47,175 bases of DNA from a virus (lineage: Duplodnaviria; Caudoviricetes). Each line of letters opens with the position of its first letter. Position 1 is the stretch's first letter. The notes under the pieces were generated by a model. It saw only the letters and a program-made list of their open reading frames with translations. It did no database searches and had not been told where the DNA came from. A program made the position numbers and the translations under genes. Below are positions 1 through 9,610 of this stretch, in pieces. The stretch is from positions 1 through 47,175 of IMG/VR virus record IMGVR_UViG_3300032316_000300; one strand, written 5' to 3'.

Positions 1-312
1 AGCAGACAATGAGTCATACAAGTTATCTTCAATAGCTTCTTCAGTTAAGCTGAAGCCATAAGCAATAGTTTCGTGGTTGTAGCGAGCAGTCCATGCTTCT
101 TGTGCATTGTCATAAGCGATGGCTTGGCCTTCGTTTTTAACTGGTGCAGCTGAGAAGCCAGACAATTTTGTTTCTTCTTCGAAAGAACGCTCTGAAGTCT
201 CTGTTTCGTAGATTTCATTGTGTTCTTCACCATATCGTGCATACTCCAAACCGAACAAAGCGTTCAAGCCTGGGAGTAACTCTTTTAATAATTGTGCGCG
301 TGAAATAGCCAT
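1..312 (-). CDS. major capsid protein, N-terminal part (runs off window start)
   Basis: Manual translation from ATG at 312 gives MAISRAQLLKELLPGLNALFGLEYARYGEEHNEIYETETSERSFEEETKLSGFSAAPVKNEG..., open to position 1. GGGAG RBS upstream. Recognisable MCP N-terminus, downstream of portal and scaffold. Missing from the ORF track. Confidence 0.9.
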   Translation of the reverse strand, partial: MAISRAQLLKELLPGLNALFGLEYARYGEEHNEIYETETSERSFEEETKLSGFSAAPVKNEGQAIAYDNAQEAWTARYNHETIAYGFSLTEEAIEDNLYDSLSA

Positions 313-325
313 TTATAAATCTCCC

Positions 326-1159
326 TTAAGCGCCAGTGGCGGAATAGTAACCATGTAAAGCTTGGTTAAACTTAACCAAAACTTCAGGATACTGAGTAAA
401 AATTACAGTTGATGTGTAAGGAGCAGTGCCTATTGTGAATGAAGCAGCTTGGTTAAGCACAACAGAAGTTGCGCCTGCGGAGGCTGCGGTATCAACAAAA
501 GAACCTGTTGCTGCGATTTGACCGTTTGCGGTCAACACAGAAACGTCTGTACCAACTGGTAATGCGAAAGGCAAAGCACTGACGGTTAGAGTAGTTGTAC
601 CCGCACTCCAAGTAGCTGAACCTAAACTAACAGCTGAATCAGGCACAACACCAACTACACGCAAAGGTAGAGTTGTGGTTACTGGTGTGTCAGAAGGTGC
701 CAAAATAGCATTTGCTGAATTACCAGTGCTTGTGCTACCAGTGTTATTGATTGCTGATACGTTGCAACCAATCATTGCCACTGCGCCAGAGGCAATAGTA
801 GTGCCAGAAGAACAAACAACCGCTTCAAACACTGTATCTGGGTCATCACATACATAAGCTTGGCAGTCACCAGCAGCAGTGCTAGCAGGCCAATATTGGC
901 TAAACTGTTTTTGCTTGGTAACAGGGTTAGTAAAAGTACATCCTAAGAAAATGCCTACAGTTTGGTTTAAAGTTGTACCAGTAGTTACTGAGGCGCGTGT
1001 GATGTTACCACGGGATAAAACAACAAAATCACCGTAGAAAATATCGGTTGAATAAGCGTACTGGATTGGGTACATGCGGGTAGAACCTGCAAATACCTGA
1101 CCTCCAATTAGATTTATGGGTTTTAGCCCATAAGGTGCTGCTACGACAGGATATGCCAT
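326..1159 (-). CDS. virion structural protein, probable capsid decoration or minor capsid protein
   Basis: 277 aa, beta-rich and Thr/Ala/Ser-rich; AAGGAG RBS; immediately upstream of MCP. Confidence 0.6.
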   Translation of the reverse strand: MAYPVVAAPYGLKPINLIGGQVFAGSTRMYPIQYAYSTDIFYGDFVVLSRGNITRASVTTGTTLNQTVGIFLGCTFTNPVTKQKQFSQYWPASTAAGDCQAYVCDDPDTVFEAVVCSSGTTIASGAVAMIGCNVSAINNTGSTSTGNSANAILAPSDTPVTTTLPLRVVGVVPDSAVSLGSATWSAGTTTLTVSALPFALPVGTDVSVLTANGQIAATGSFVDTAASAGATSVVLNQAASFTIGTAPYTSTVIFTQYPEVLVKFNQALHGYYSATGA

Positions 1160-1179
1160 AAAAATACTCCTTAATTAAA

Positions 1180-1629
1180 TTAATTACCTTTGCCAAAGCT
1201 AGTTGTAGACTTACGCTCAGAGAACATAGGCATACGGGCATCGCTTTGACGCATGATGTTATTGTCTACAGACTCGGTTTGAGATTTTGATAGAGTGTCG
1301 AAATGTGCATTCCGTTGTTCTACAAATTCTTTTGGAGTCTTACATAGTAATAATCCACCAACTTCGATGTTATCTTTAAACCGACTTTGAGGGTCAGCTA
1401 ACATTGCTAGTTGTGGTTGTTCTTCACTCTTTACTGCTTCCCAACCTTCTCTGAGTTTGGCAGATAAGTTACGTGGGTCAGCACTGTTTAAAGTTGAAAC
1501 ACGAATCCAGCGATAAGCATATCCTTCTTGTTTATCGGGTTCTGGCAATAACTCTGGTTGTTGCCACTGTTTTGGACGCTCTGCTGTTACGCGAGTGTCA
1601 ATAGTTCGAGGTGTTCTTGTATCGGTCAT
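1180..1629 (-). CDS. head-operon protein of unknown function
   Basis: 149-aa ORF (YAYRWIRVS, KLREGWEAV, GGLLLCK) between scaffold and MCP. Confidence 0.65.
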   Translation of the reverse strand: MTDTRTPRTIDTRVTAERPKQWQQPELLPEPDKQEGYAYRWIRVSTLNSADPRNLSAKLREGWEAVKSEEQPQLAMLADPQSRFKDNIEVGGLLLCKTPKEFVEQRNAHFDTLSKSQTESVDNNIMRQSDARMPMFSERKSTTSFGKGN

Positions 1630-1630
1630 T

Positions 1631-2584
1631 TTAAATCTCCAGTTTTTTCATTGCAAGGGCGTACTGCTCATTAGTTAATCCTAGTTTTTTAGCTAGGGCT
1701 ACTTGTCGCACTGATAGTTTAATCTTGTTTGAAGATGTACTACGCGTAGCGGGAGCAACTACTGTACTCAGTTTTGTAGGAGTACTTTCATTTTTACCTC
1801 GTGAATCCTCTGGCTCCGAATCCTCAAAATACTCTGAAAATCTTTTCCGCATCGTTTTGTCCAATGTGGAATAATAGTCATCAGAACCAACAACAACACC
1901 ATTACGTTTTAGTTTTTCGTGTAGACCTAACGCTGTTGCGGTCATTTCCTCATCTGCTCCGAACCAATCATTTTTGTCTCGCCATGCTTGTGCTCGTGCG
2001 TCAGGGGCGGGTGCCGCTGGTTGCTGATACTGTTCTTGATTACTTTTTACATCAAAATTATCATCTTGTAAAGGGGGTAGCTTAAAGCTCTTAGCTTGTG
2101 CAATCTTAATACTTGCGTTTTGCATCGCTTCTTGTGCTTCAACTAGTCGGTCACTATCTCCATTATCATACGCATCTTTGTATGCACGTTTAGCCATTTC
2201 AAGCTCTAGATTAGCTGTGGCTTGAATAGACGTTACATACTCCTTCTCGCCAGTGGCAAGCATGGATTTAATCCGTTTGTTTTCGTCCAGTACACGGCGG
2301 GCAAGTTCAATTGCTTCTTGTTGCTCCCTGTATGCGGACTCCTTGGCTCGACGCTCGTCATGCCAGACTTTACGCATTTGTTTAAGTTTTTGCTTAGTAG
2401 CATCATCGTATTTAGATAAGTCGTCTTGCTCTAACTCATCTACGATTGCTTTCGGCATTGGTTCACGATTGCGGTCTTCTTCAGGTGTATCATCTTCGAT
2501 TTCAAACTCAATCTCAGATTCTGGTGCTACCTTTTTTTCTTGCTCATCGGGAAACGTATATTCTTCATTCTCAAATTCAGGCAT
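1631..2584 (-). CDS. capsid scaffolding protein
   Basis: Acidic N-terminus, coiled-coil body, C-terminal QVALAKKLGLTNEQYA helix. AAGGAG RBS favours the start at 2584 (MPEFENEE). Confidence 0.7.
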   Translation of the reverse strand: MPEFENEEYTFPDEQEKKVAPESEIEFEIEDDTPEEDRNREPMPKAIVDELEQDDLSKYDDATKQKLKQMRKVWHDERRAKESAYREQQEAIELARRVLDENKRIKSMLATGEKEYVTSIQATANLELEMAKRAYKDAYDNGDSDRLVEAQEAMQNASIKIAQAKSFKLPPLQDDNFDVKSNQEQYQQPAAPAPDARAQAWRDKNDWFGADEEMTATALGLHEKLKRNGVVVGSDDYYSTLDKTMRKRFSEYFEDSEPEDSRGKNESTPTKLSTVVAPATRSTSSNKIKLSVRQVALAKKLGLTNEQYALAMKKLEI

Positions 2585-2594
2585 CTTGTCCTCC

Positions 2595-3053
2595 TTATTT
2601 GCGAATAATACCGCGTGGCTCATCAACTACAGCCTCGACAGTATCATCATTGATTAAACGGAACTCACGACCATGAATAACCAATCGGCTACCAGAGTGT
2701 GGGCGTACTAAAATAAAGTCACCTTCTTTACACCACGGACCGCTAGGGAATCGTTTTTCATCCTTATAGCAATCAGGGCCTAAAGCAACTACAAATAAAA
2801 CTGTAGTCATGGTCTCTTCCATCTTAATTGTCTCATCTGCCTTAAACAGACCGCTGTCATACTCTTTTTCCTTTTCAGGGATTGCACAAAGAATATGGTA
2901 CCCAGAAGGTCTTGGTAGTTGAGCTGCTTTTTCTACATCAGTTGCATCGCCTACGATTGCTCGTACCTCTGCTTCCTCTTGCGCGTCTTTCTTAGCTTGT
3001 TCAGCCAATTTAGATAAATCTAGTGCTTGTGCTAAATTTATGTTACTCGTCAT
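2595..3053 (-). CDS. groES: GroES/Cpn10-like co-chaperonin with N-terminal extension
   Basis: RPSGYHILC, SGLF mobile-loop segment, VVALGPD, KEGDFILV, GREFRLINDDTVEAVV follow the Cpn10 pattern. Confidence 0.85.
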   Translation of the reverse strand: MTSNINLAQALDLSKLAEQAKKDAQEEAEVRAIVGDATDVEKAAQLPRPSGYHILCAIPEKEKEYDSGLFKADETIKMEETMTTVLFVVALGPDCYKDEKRFPSGPWCKEGDFILVRPHSGSRLVIHGREFRLINDDTVEAVVDEPRGIIRK

Positions 3054-3240
3054 CTGCGTTTTCCAATCGTTTTTTGAGGTCTACAATTATTGCACAAGCA
3101 GCTTCGAGACCCCGTAGCTGACCACTCGTGTACTTGTACTCTTCAAATGAAGCGCAGTTACCTCTCGCCATTGCTTCTGTAAGCATATTGATACGGTCTC
3201 TGTACTCTGTTAAAAGAACATCAAATAAGTTTGAATCCAT
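3043..3240 (-). CDS. small hypothetical protein
   Basis: 65 aa (FEEYKYTSGQLRGL), tightly packed between portal and GroES. Confidence 0.7.
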   Translation of the reverse strand: MDSNLFDVLLTEYRDRINMLTEAMARGNCASFEEYKYTSGQLRGLEAACAIIVDLKKRLENADDE

Positions 3241-3242
3241 GT

Positions 3243-5735
3243 TTATTCACCTTTTGTCGGTTTGTTTGTCTGTTGTTTTCCTTGGAAGTTTTGTGTTGAT
3301 AGTTGTTTTAATACTTCTACACCTTTTCCTAGCAAATCTTGTTGTTTATTAGCTTGTAACTGAGCCGCTGTTTTTAGCATATCGTTCTTCTGATTACCCT
3401 TATTGTTGTCATGTTGTGACAATAGGCGTAACTGTTCAAGTTTTAGTTGCTCTGCTTTAAACTGCGCATCAGTTTGGTCTTTTTGAACTTTGCGTTGTTG
3501 TTCTGCTGTCTTCAACTGAAGTTCTTGCTGTTGCATCTGCACCATTGGGTCTTGCTGCGCTTGTTGTGCTGCTTGTTGCGCCGCTTGAGCTTGGTTAGAT
3601 TGCAACAGTTGTTGAGCAGCTTGAGCCAACATCGGAGATAACTGTGCTTCCACTTGTGGGTCCATATGAATATCTTCACCCATCTCATCTTTCTGTGGTG
3701 GCAACTGCATACCCAACTGCTGTTCAATCTGTTTACGGTACTCAAAGCCCATATGCTCATTGATATGAGCCATCATCGCAGACTGTAACTGCTGTGCCAT
3801 CGGGTTACCTTGTAGCATTTGCTGGATTTTAGGGTCTTGCATCGCGGCCATATGTACTGTGATATGCGCTTGATGGTCTTGAGTCAAGAACGCTTTAACT
3901 GGCTTCATCATGAGAATGTTTTGATTCTCAGTCACTGGGTCAGTCGCCTTCATGTCATCATCCATTGGCACTAGCTTAGACGCTTCTTTAATCCCTAGTA
4001 CATCTAACATCTGGCGATGTAGTAACGGCATGTTGTAAATCTGTGGAGATTGTTGCGCTAACTGCATAACTGCTTGATACTGAACAATCTTTTGCGCCAT
4101 TGTTGAGGCATTAGGGTCTGATACAGGGATAACTGTCACGCTATCATAGTCAGCCTTCTTAGCTCTACGGTCACCTTCTGATGGTTCGTAGTTGTACTCT
4201 TCTGGTGTATAAGCCGCAATGATGCTTTTTAACAGACCTAACTCTTGCTTCATTGAGTAGTGGATACGCGCTTGTACCGCACTCATTACTTTTAATGTAC
4301 GTTCAAGAATCGCCAGTGTAGTCCCAACAGGGCTATTCGCAGACATATCAGAGATTTGTAAGTCCGCTGTATTAGCGAAGCGACGGCCTTCATCAACAAT
4401 TTGACCAAGCAACGCCATAAGAACTTGTGATGGCTCTTTATATGGTAGTGGCATAATGTTGTCACGCATAGTGCCTGACGGTACGTCTACATCACGGAAC
4501 TCGCCTGGGGCTATCGGTGTGTCGTCGCCTTTGACACGAAGTCCTCTAGTTTTGAAACCGCCAGGGAGGTTAGCGAGCGTCCCTGCGTCAACGAGCTGAC
4601 GTATGAGACTAGTACCTGACTTAGCAAAAGCGCCAACAAGATGGATGAGACCAAAATAGTAAAACCCAAAACCTGGAACATAACCGTAGTGAACGAAGTG
4701 TTGTCGTTTTTGCCTTGTGTCATCTTTAGGGTCCCAGTTACGGCGGATAGCCAATATCGTATTGCTACCTTTCTCAAGTGTAACAACGTATGGTAAGGCA
4801 ATGCCTGTAGGTTCACCAGTATCGTCTTTATCTTCATACCCTGGTAAGTCTAAGTCTACATGCATCTCTAGAAGTTTATAGCGGTCATCCGTTGAAGCAC
4901 GGAAGCCCATCTTCTCTGCAATCTTCTTCTCTACTTCATCTAGGATGTTTGCTGGCTCACCTAAATCTACATCTAAGTAAAACCCAGCTACCTGTAGACG
5001 ACGTAGTTCATTTTCTGTTTTACGCATTACGTGTGTTACACGCTCTGCTGACTCAAGGTTTGACGCACCGTATGGCACTACCATATCTTCAGCTGGAATG
5101 AAAATAGACACCTGACGGTCTAGATGTGGGTCGAAGTAAACCTTTTTAAATGCGTTACCGCTTAATCCTAGGCCCCACAGCATGCGTTCGTGCTCTGGTC
5201 GATACTCTTTCATCACATCCATTAATTGATAGTTCATATCGTCTTGGACGCGTGTTGCTGATTCTTTCTTATCCTGTGTTTCTTTACCGATAATCTGTGT
5301 CTTAACTGGACCCGCTGCTGGGAACATAGACATCATCGTTTCTGCTTGGAACTTAACTAGCGCTTCAGAAAGTAGTGGGTGGTATACACCGCATGCTCCC
5401 TCCCATGGCTCGCTACGTTCTTCAATCTTCATCCCTAACAGCTCAAGGCCATCTACATAGGTCTGCATCCAGTCTTTACGTGAACTAATGTCCTCGTCGT
5501 AATCAGAAGTAAGGTCAGAGGCAAGTGTAGCTAACGCACGGTCGTCCATGTATTCCGCTAAGTTGTCGTTGAACTCATCTTCCATCGGGTCATGTGGTTC
5601 TAGACTAATGTCCAGTCCGTCCATATGGATATTAACCGCCTCTGGGTCTTCAATCTCAATCTCTATCGGAGATGTATTAGGGTCATCAGGTAGAATGCCT
5701 TGTGGGGCTGCGTATAAACTTTTCTCAATTGCCAT
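3243..5735 (-). CDS. portal protein
   Basis: 830 aa after TerL; GNAFKKVYFD and PGFGFYYFGL motifs; long Gln-rich coiled-coil C-terminus as in P22-like barrel portals. Confidence 0.85.
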   Translation of the reverse strand: MAIEKSLYAAPQGILPDDPNTSPIEIEIEDPEAVNIHMDGLDISLEPHDPMEDEFNDNLAEYMDDRALATLASDLTSDYDEDISSRKDWMQTYVDGLELLGMKIEERSEPWEGACGVYHPLLSEALVKFQAETMMSMFPAAGPVKTQIIGKETQDKKESATRVQDDMNYQLMDVMKEYRPEHERMLWGLGLSGNAFKKVYFDPHLDRQVSIFIPAEDMVVPYGASNLESAERVTHVMRKTENELRRLQVAGFYLDVDLGEPANILDEVEKKIAEKMGFRASTDDRYKLLEMHVDLDLPGYEDKDDTGEPTGIALPYVVTLEKGSNTILAIRRNWDPKDDTRQKRQHFVHYGYVPGFGFYYFGLIHLVGAFAKSGTSLIRQLVDAGTLANLPGGFKTRGLRVKGDDTPIAPGEFRDVDVPSGTMRDNIMPLPYKEPSQVLMALLGQIVDEGRRFANTADLQISDMSANSPVGTTLAILERTLKVMSAVQARIHYSMKQELGLLKSIIAAYTPEEYNYEPSEGDRRAKKADYDSVTVIPVSDPNASTMAQKIVQYQAVMQLAQQSPQIYNMPLLHRQMLDVLGIKEASKLVPMDDDMKATDPVTENQNILMMKPVKAFLTQDHQAHITVHMAAMQDPKIQQMLQGNPMAQQLQSAMMAHINEHMGFEYRKQIEQQLGMQLPPQKDEMGEDIHMDPQVEAQLSPMLAQAAQQLLQSNQAQAAQQAAQQAQQDPMVQMQQQELQLKTAEQQRKVQKDQTDAQFKAEQLKLEQLRLLSQHDNNKGNQKNDMLKTAAQLQANKQQDLLGKGVEVLKQLSTQNFQGKQQTNKPTKGE

Positions 5736-6123
5736 TTGTTATTCCTTTGTTTTCAATCTCATATAGCCAATCAGCCACTTTATATAAATCCGCTGCTTTA
5801 TAGGCACTCTTAATGTTGTTTGCTTTACTACTAATTACTACTATATTTCCTTTTACGTACCCTTTTACTGGGTCTATCCTATCTAATGTAGCGCTTGTAG
5901 GCAGTGTCTTGCGGTTACCTACCCATTGAAACTCTGTACCGTATATAGGGCATGTGTCTGTTAATATGCTTTCTACATAATCTATAGTAATATCAAATGG
6001 TAGTTCTTTCTTTAGTGCTCTTCTTTTTGCACCTTTATATGCATTTCCAGCCCATTGTCGCTTGGGGTTCCTTAGTTTCCACTGCCTAGTCTTTTCTCGC
6101 TTTATTAATGTTTCTCTATCCAT
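5725..6123 (-). CDS. HNH-family endonuclease
   Basis: TCPIYG...ATLDRIDPVKGYVKGNIVVISSKANNIK; AT-rich; overlaps both neighbours. Confidence 0.8.
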   Translation of the reverse strand: MDRETLIKREKTRQWKLRNPKRQWAGNAYKGAKRRALKKELPFDITIDYVESILTDTCPIYGTEFQWVGNRKTLPTSATLDRIDPVKGYVKGNIVVISSKANNIKSAYKAADLYKVADWLYEIENKGITNGN

Positions 6124-7667
6124 TAGTAATAGGCCGCTTTACGTTGATATCGGTATAATACATCATCATCTCGTTCATCGCTAGGCAACTTGATAAAGCC
6201 GCCTTTTCTAAAACGAATCAATGCTTGTGAACAACTATCCACAAAGTCATCATGGGTACCTACTGGAAAATCTGCACACTCTTGGATTACTTCTTGCGCC
6301 CAACGTCTATCCGTTGCAGCCCATACCATGCCTGATGCAAACAAGTCTGTAATGGAATTAACCCGTGATATCTTATCTTTTACTGGTGTGTACTCAGAAA
6401 CAGGCATGCCCATTGAACGTAGCTCTTGATAGAGCGCGGCACCGTTTGATTTCTTTTCTACTAGGAACGTGTCAGGTTCCCACTCTTTATACTCTTGAAT
6501 CATGCGACGCTTAAGCTCAGGAAACTCCATCCGCTCTTTCCACGCATCAAGTAGGATTATATTATTCTGATTGGTTTTTTCATTGAAGAATACGCCCCAT
6601 ATAGTAACGGCGTTATAGTCGGCCCTGTTGTGGGATTCTTGAGCCGCGTCCAAAGACATAATCGTATAATCACACTGCGGCGGCATCTCGTCCTCCCAGT
6701 GTTGCCACCATTCTTTCTTAATGAGTTGAGCGCCTTCTGCAGTCGGATTCTGCAAATACTGACTTGACCAGTAGCGTGTGTCCATACCAGCGCGTTTCTT
6801 TTTGAGTTCTTCAAGCGGCCAAAACTCTGGCCATAGCGACCTTTCATTTTCTTCTCCCTCATCTAGAATGGCTGGAAACTCCACAACCTCCCACTGGTCG
6901 GCATCAGGGTTCTTCACCATATGATTAATTAACTGACCTGTCAGGTCCATCATAGACCAGCGTGTCATCACCACTATGATAACCCCATTAGGCATCAACC
7001 GTTGTAACGGACCTGATTGGAACCACTCCCATGCAGATAAGAACACACTTGGGTTACCTGTCTTGGCTTCCTGCTCTGAATGCGGGTCATCAATTACAAA
7101 TACATCGGCACCACGACCTGCAAGCGCACCACCCACACCAGCCGCATAGTATTGACCGCCATCGGTAGTGTTCCACTGCCCAGCTGCCTTAGCGTCTTGA
7201 TTTAGGGAAACATTAGGAAATACGCTGCGGTAATCACTACTATTAACCAAATCTCGAACACGGCGACCAAAAGTAGTAGACAAGTCAGCAGTATGAGTCG
7301 CCATGATAATCTTTTTGTCGGGATGGTGGCCAAGAAACCAAGCAGGAAAGAGATAAGACACCAGCTCAGATTTACCCATACGTGGTGCGATGTTGACAAT
7401 AATGCGCTTTTTATCTCCATCAATGGCATCCTCTAGTAATTTAGCTAGTCTTTTGTGATGGGCACCCACCATATAGTTTGGATACACCGCTTTTACGAAA
7501 TCTAACAACCCACCTTGCGCCGCTTTTCGTTTTGTACGGTTCATTTTTTCATCAATGAGGTCAAGAAACTCCTGTTGCGCACGTTCAGGCATCTTTTTAA
7601 GGTTTGTTAAGACAGCTATACCCTGGTCTATGGGTAATGTGGCTATGTATGCCTTTAAACTACTCAC
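6123..7667 (-). CDS. terL: terminase large subunit
   Basis: Walker A IAPRMGKS, Walker B VFVIDD, VVMTRW coupling motif, RNase H-like nuclease SLDAA...HDDFVDSCSQ. Confidence 0.95.
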   Translation of the reverse strand: MSSLKAYIATLPIDQGIAVLTNLKKMPERAQQEFLDLIDEKMNRTKRKAAQGGLLDFVKAVYPNYMVGAHHKRLAKLLEDAIDGDKKRIIVNIAPRMGKSELVSYLFPAWFLGHHPDKKIIMATHTADLSTTFGRRVRDLVNSSDYRSVFPNVSLNQDAKAAGQWNTTDGGQYYAAGVGGALAGRGADVFVIDDPHSEQEAKTGNPSVFLSAWEWFQSGPLQRLMPNGVIIVVMTRWSMMDLTGQLINHMVKNPDADQWEVVEFPAILDEGEENERSLWPEFWPLEELKKKRAGMDTRYWSSQYLQNPTAEGAQLIKKEWWQHWEDEMPPQCDYTIMSLDAAQESHNRADYNAVTIWGVFFNEKTNQNNIILLDAWKERMEFPELKRRMIQEYKEWEPDTFLVEKKSNGAALYQELRSMGMPVSEYTPVKDKISRVNSITDLFASGMVWAATDRRWAQEVIQECADFPVGTHDDFVDSCSQALIRFRKGGFIKLPSDERDDDVLYRYQRKAAYY

Positions 7668-8352
7668 CTAATAGCGCCCCAATGTCAATTTTTGGTACTT
7701 CTGGTAGCGGAGCGATGTCCATCGCACCTTTGGAAGCATTTTCTATTGGTTTTGTTACGGTTTTTGGTGGTTCTTGTGAGACCTTTGGTGTTTCTTTGAC
7801 TTCTTCAAAGTCACCTTCGATAAGAAGACTTAGTTTTTCCTCAAGTGCCGCATCAATTTCTTCGTCTGTACGTTGTTTATAGGTGATTTCTTGCTTCTCA
7901 ACGAACATTCCTACGTCCGCTAGCTTGCCTAGCAGCTCTACAGCCTTGAGTTGTACCTTGGGGTCTTTGTTATCTGACAGATTTAGTAACTTATTTGTTA
8001 CTAACATGCGAATTTGGTCCGCATGCTGGATGACTTTCCAGTCATATTCCGATACTAGGGCTTCTAGTTTGATAATTGATTCGGGTTTGTTTAGCGTTGA
8101 TGTAGTAAGTGAGCCTTTATGCCCTTCAAGATAGGTATGATATGCCACTTCTGCATTAGCTGCATCCTCTTCGGTGACTTCCATGTCAGGCGCACCACTC
8201 CTACGGAGTATATCTTTAGCTGTTTTGGCAGCTGCACTTACAAATTGTTCAGGCATTAAGTCCTCAGTACGCATTGGTGTACGTAATAAACGGGGTTCAT
8301 ATGGAACCACTCCTTCAAGCAAATCATATAGTTGTATTTTTTGCGAAGCCAT
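7660..8352 (-). CDS. probable terminase small subunit
   Basis: Overlaps the terL start; VQLKAVELLGKLADVGMF resembles the TerS oligomerisation helix. Start is 8352 or 8364. Confidence 0.65.
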   Translation of the reverse strand: MASQKIQLYDLLEGVVPYEPRLLRTPMRTEDLMPEQFVSAAAKTAKDILRRSGAPDMEVTEEDAANAEVAYHTYLEGHKGSLTTSTLNKPESIIKLEALVSEYDWKVIQHADQIRMLVTNKLLNLSDNKDPKVQLKAVELLGKLADVGMFVEKQEITYKQRTDEEIDAALEEKLSLLIEGDFEEVKETPKVSQEPPKTVTKPIENASKGAMDIAPLPEVPKIDIGALLGE

Positions 8353-8359
8353 AGGGCGT

Positions 8360-8389
8360 AACATATCTTAATAATCATAGTGTTGTCAA
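8360..8389 (-). promoter_or_regulatory. putative sigma70 promoter for the packaging/head operon
   Basis: TTGACA (8389-8384), 18-nt spacer, TATGTT (8365-8360). Confidence 0.45.
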
Positions 8390-8558
8390 GCTTTCCGCCT
8401 TAAAACCCTAAAAATTTTATAATAAAAATTCAGAGGACCTCATATTAAGTCAAGGGGGGTCATGACGTGAAGATAGAAAGATGCTTCTCTAAAACAGAGA
8501 GGAGAGGAGAGAGCGCTGTTTCTGACAAAAACGGGGGTAGGGGGTCACGCTTTACGCG

Positions 8559-8572
8559 CCGACAATTGTCGG
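8559..8572. repeat. palindromic motif copy 1, CCGACAATTGTCGG
   Basis: Perfect 14-bp palindrome about 20 bp upstream of the P1 -35 box. Confidence 0.85.
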
Positions 8573-8591
8573 TTTGGCCTCATGATACCTA

Positions 8592-8619
8592 TTGACATTA
8601 AATGATATCTATATATAAT
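8592..8619 (+). promoter_or_regulatory. early sigma70 promoter P1
   Basis: TTGACA, 16 nt, TATAAT; both hexamers are perfect consensus. Confidence 0.85.
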
Positions 8620-8671
8620 GGACACATCGACCAAGCAATACCGCGAGGCGATATTTAACAGGAGCATTATC

Positions 8672-9223
8672 ATGTCAAAAGCAAAGTCATCAGTAGTTGT
8701 AGTTGTATCTGTATCACAAGAGCAGTTCAATGAAGCAATCGCTGGCATTGCCAGCAACGGCGCGGCAATTAAAGAGCAGTTCGTTATCGCGGCCAAGTTC
8801 ATTGGGCAGGCCACAAACAAGCGCGACCAAGACGCGGCCAAAAAGCAGCTGGCCATTGCTTACCAAAAACTGCAGGCCACGCTCACGGGCAAGGAATTCA
8901 AGCTTGAGAGCGCGCAAACTTGGGTGTCACGCAATGTTAAGAAGTTGAGCGGCAATGCCAAGTTTAAATGGCTGGTAAGTAAAACAGCGGCCGCGGCCAA
9001 GAAAAGAGCGGCGCGAGCAGGCGGCAAGGCACCAGCGACCGAGGCACCAGCGGCACCAGCACCAGCGAAGCCGACCAGCATTGAGCAGTTCCGTAATGCG
9101 ATTATCGCAAAAGAAGTTCAGATTCAAGACGAGTTCCGCGGCGTGATACCAGCTGGCAAGATTAAAGAGTTCGACCAAGCTTTTGCGGCATTCATTCAAA
9201 CCTTAAACGTAATCCTTAAATAG
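8672..9223 (+). CDS. first early gene; basic Ala/Lys-rich protein
   Basis: AGGAG RBS before ATG 8672 (the ORF-track ATG at 8618 overlaps the -10 box); contains AAAAKKRAARAGGKAPATEAPAAPAPAKP linker. Confidence 0.8.
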   Translation: MSKAKSSVVVVVSVSQEQFNEAIAGIASNGAAIKEQFVIAAKFIGQATNKRDQDAAKKQLAIAYQKLQATLTGKEFKLESAQTWVSRNVKKLSGNAKFKWLVSKTAAAAKKRAARAGGKAPATEAPAAPAPAKPTSIEQFRNAIIAKEVQIQDEFRGVIPAGKIKEFDQAFAAFIQTLNVILK

Positions 9224-9229
9224 GAAAGG

Positions 9230-9442
9230 ATGGGCGGCGCGAGCCGCCCTATTAAAATCATGACCCCAACCTACTTTCAAGATATTCCGTATTATGAATG
9301 GCACGAAATTGAAAAAACTTTATGGGAAATTACAGTCGGAAAAAAACCAATTGATAGTGAAATGTACGCCTACTTAATTAAATGGCAATCACTGATGAGA
9401 GATTTAGCACAGCAGGCCTACTACCATAATGCAGACGTTTAA
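9230..9442 (+). CDS. small hypothetical early protein
   Basis: ORF between gene 1 and a terminator; start is 9230 or 9260; a GGGCGGC-GCGA-GCCGCCC hairpin lies at 9232-9249. Confidence 0.55.
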   Translation: MGGASRPIKIMTPTYFQDIPYYEWHEIEKTLWEITVGKKPIDSEMYAYLIKWQSLMRDLAQQAYYHNADV

Positions 9443-9460
9443 TTAAGCAGCACCCACCAG

Positions 9461-9488
9461 CCCACATCTTCGGATGTGGGTTTTTTTT
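9461..9488 (+). terminator. intrinsic terminator
   Basis: CCCACATC-TTCG-GATGTGGG followed by T8. Confidence 0.9.
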
Positions 9489-9610
9489 GTAGGAACGAGT
9501 GACAATAAGCAAGCCAGCCAGCCAGTTAGCCAGCCACCCCACAGCAACGCGCTTCGCACAGCCACGCAAACGCCACCACTTGACATAAGGAAAACACCCT
9601 TTCGGACACC

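Noticed and set aside
45-242. 65-aa minus-strand ORF
   Set aside because: Alternative frame inside the major capsid gene.
3500-3800. TTG/CTG-rich repeats in the portal 3' end
   Set aside because: Explained by the Gln-rich coiled-coil coding sequence.
9580-9610. TTGACA at 9580 as a promoter
   Set aside because: No -10 hexamer at 16-18 nt spacing.
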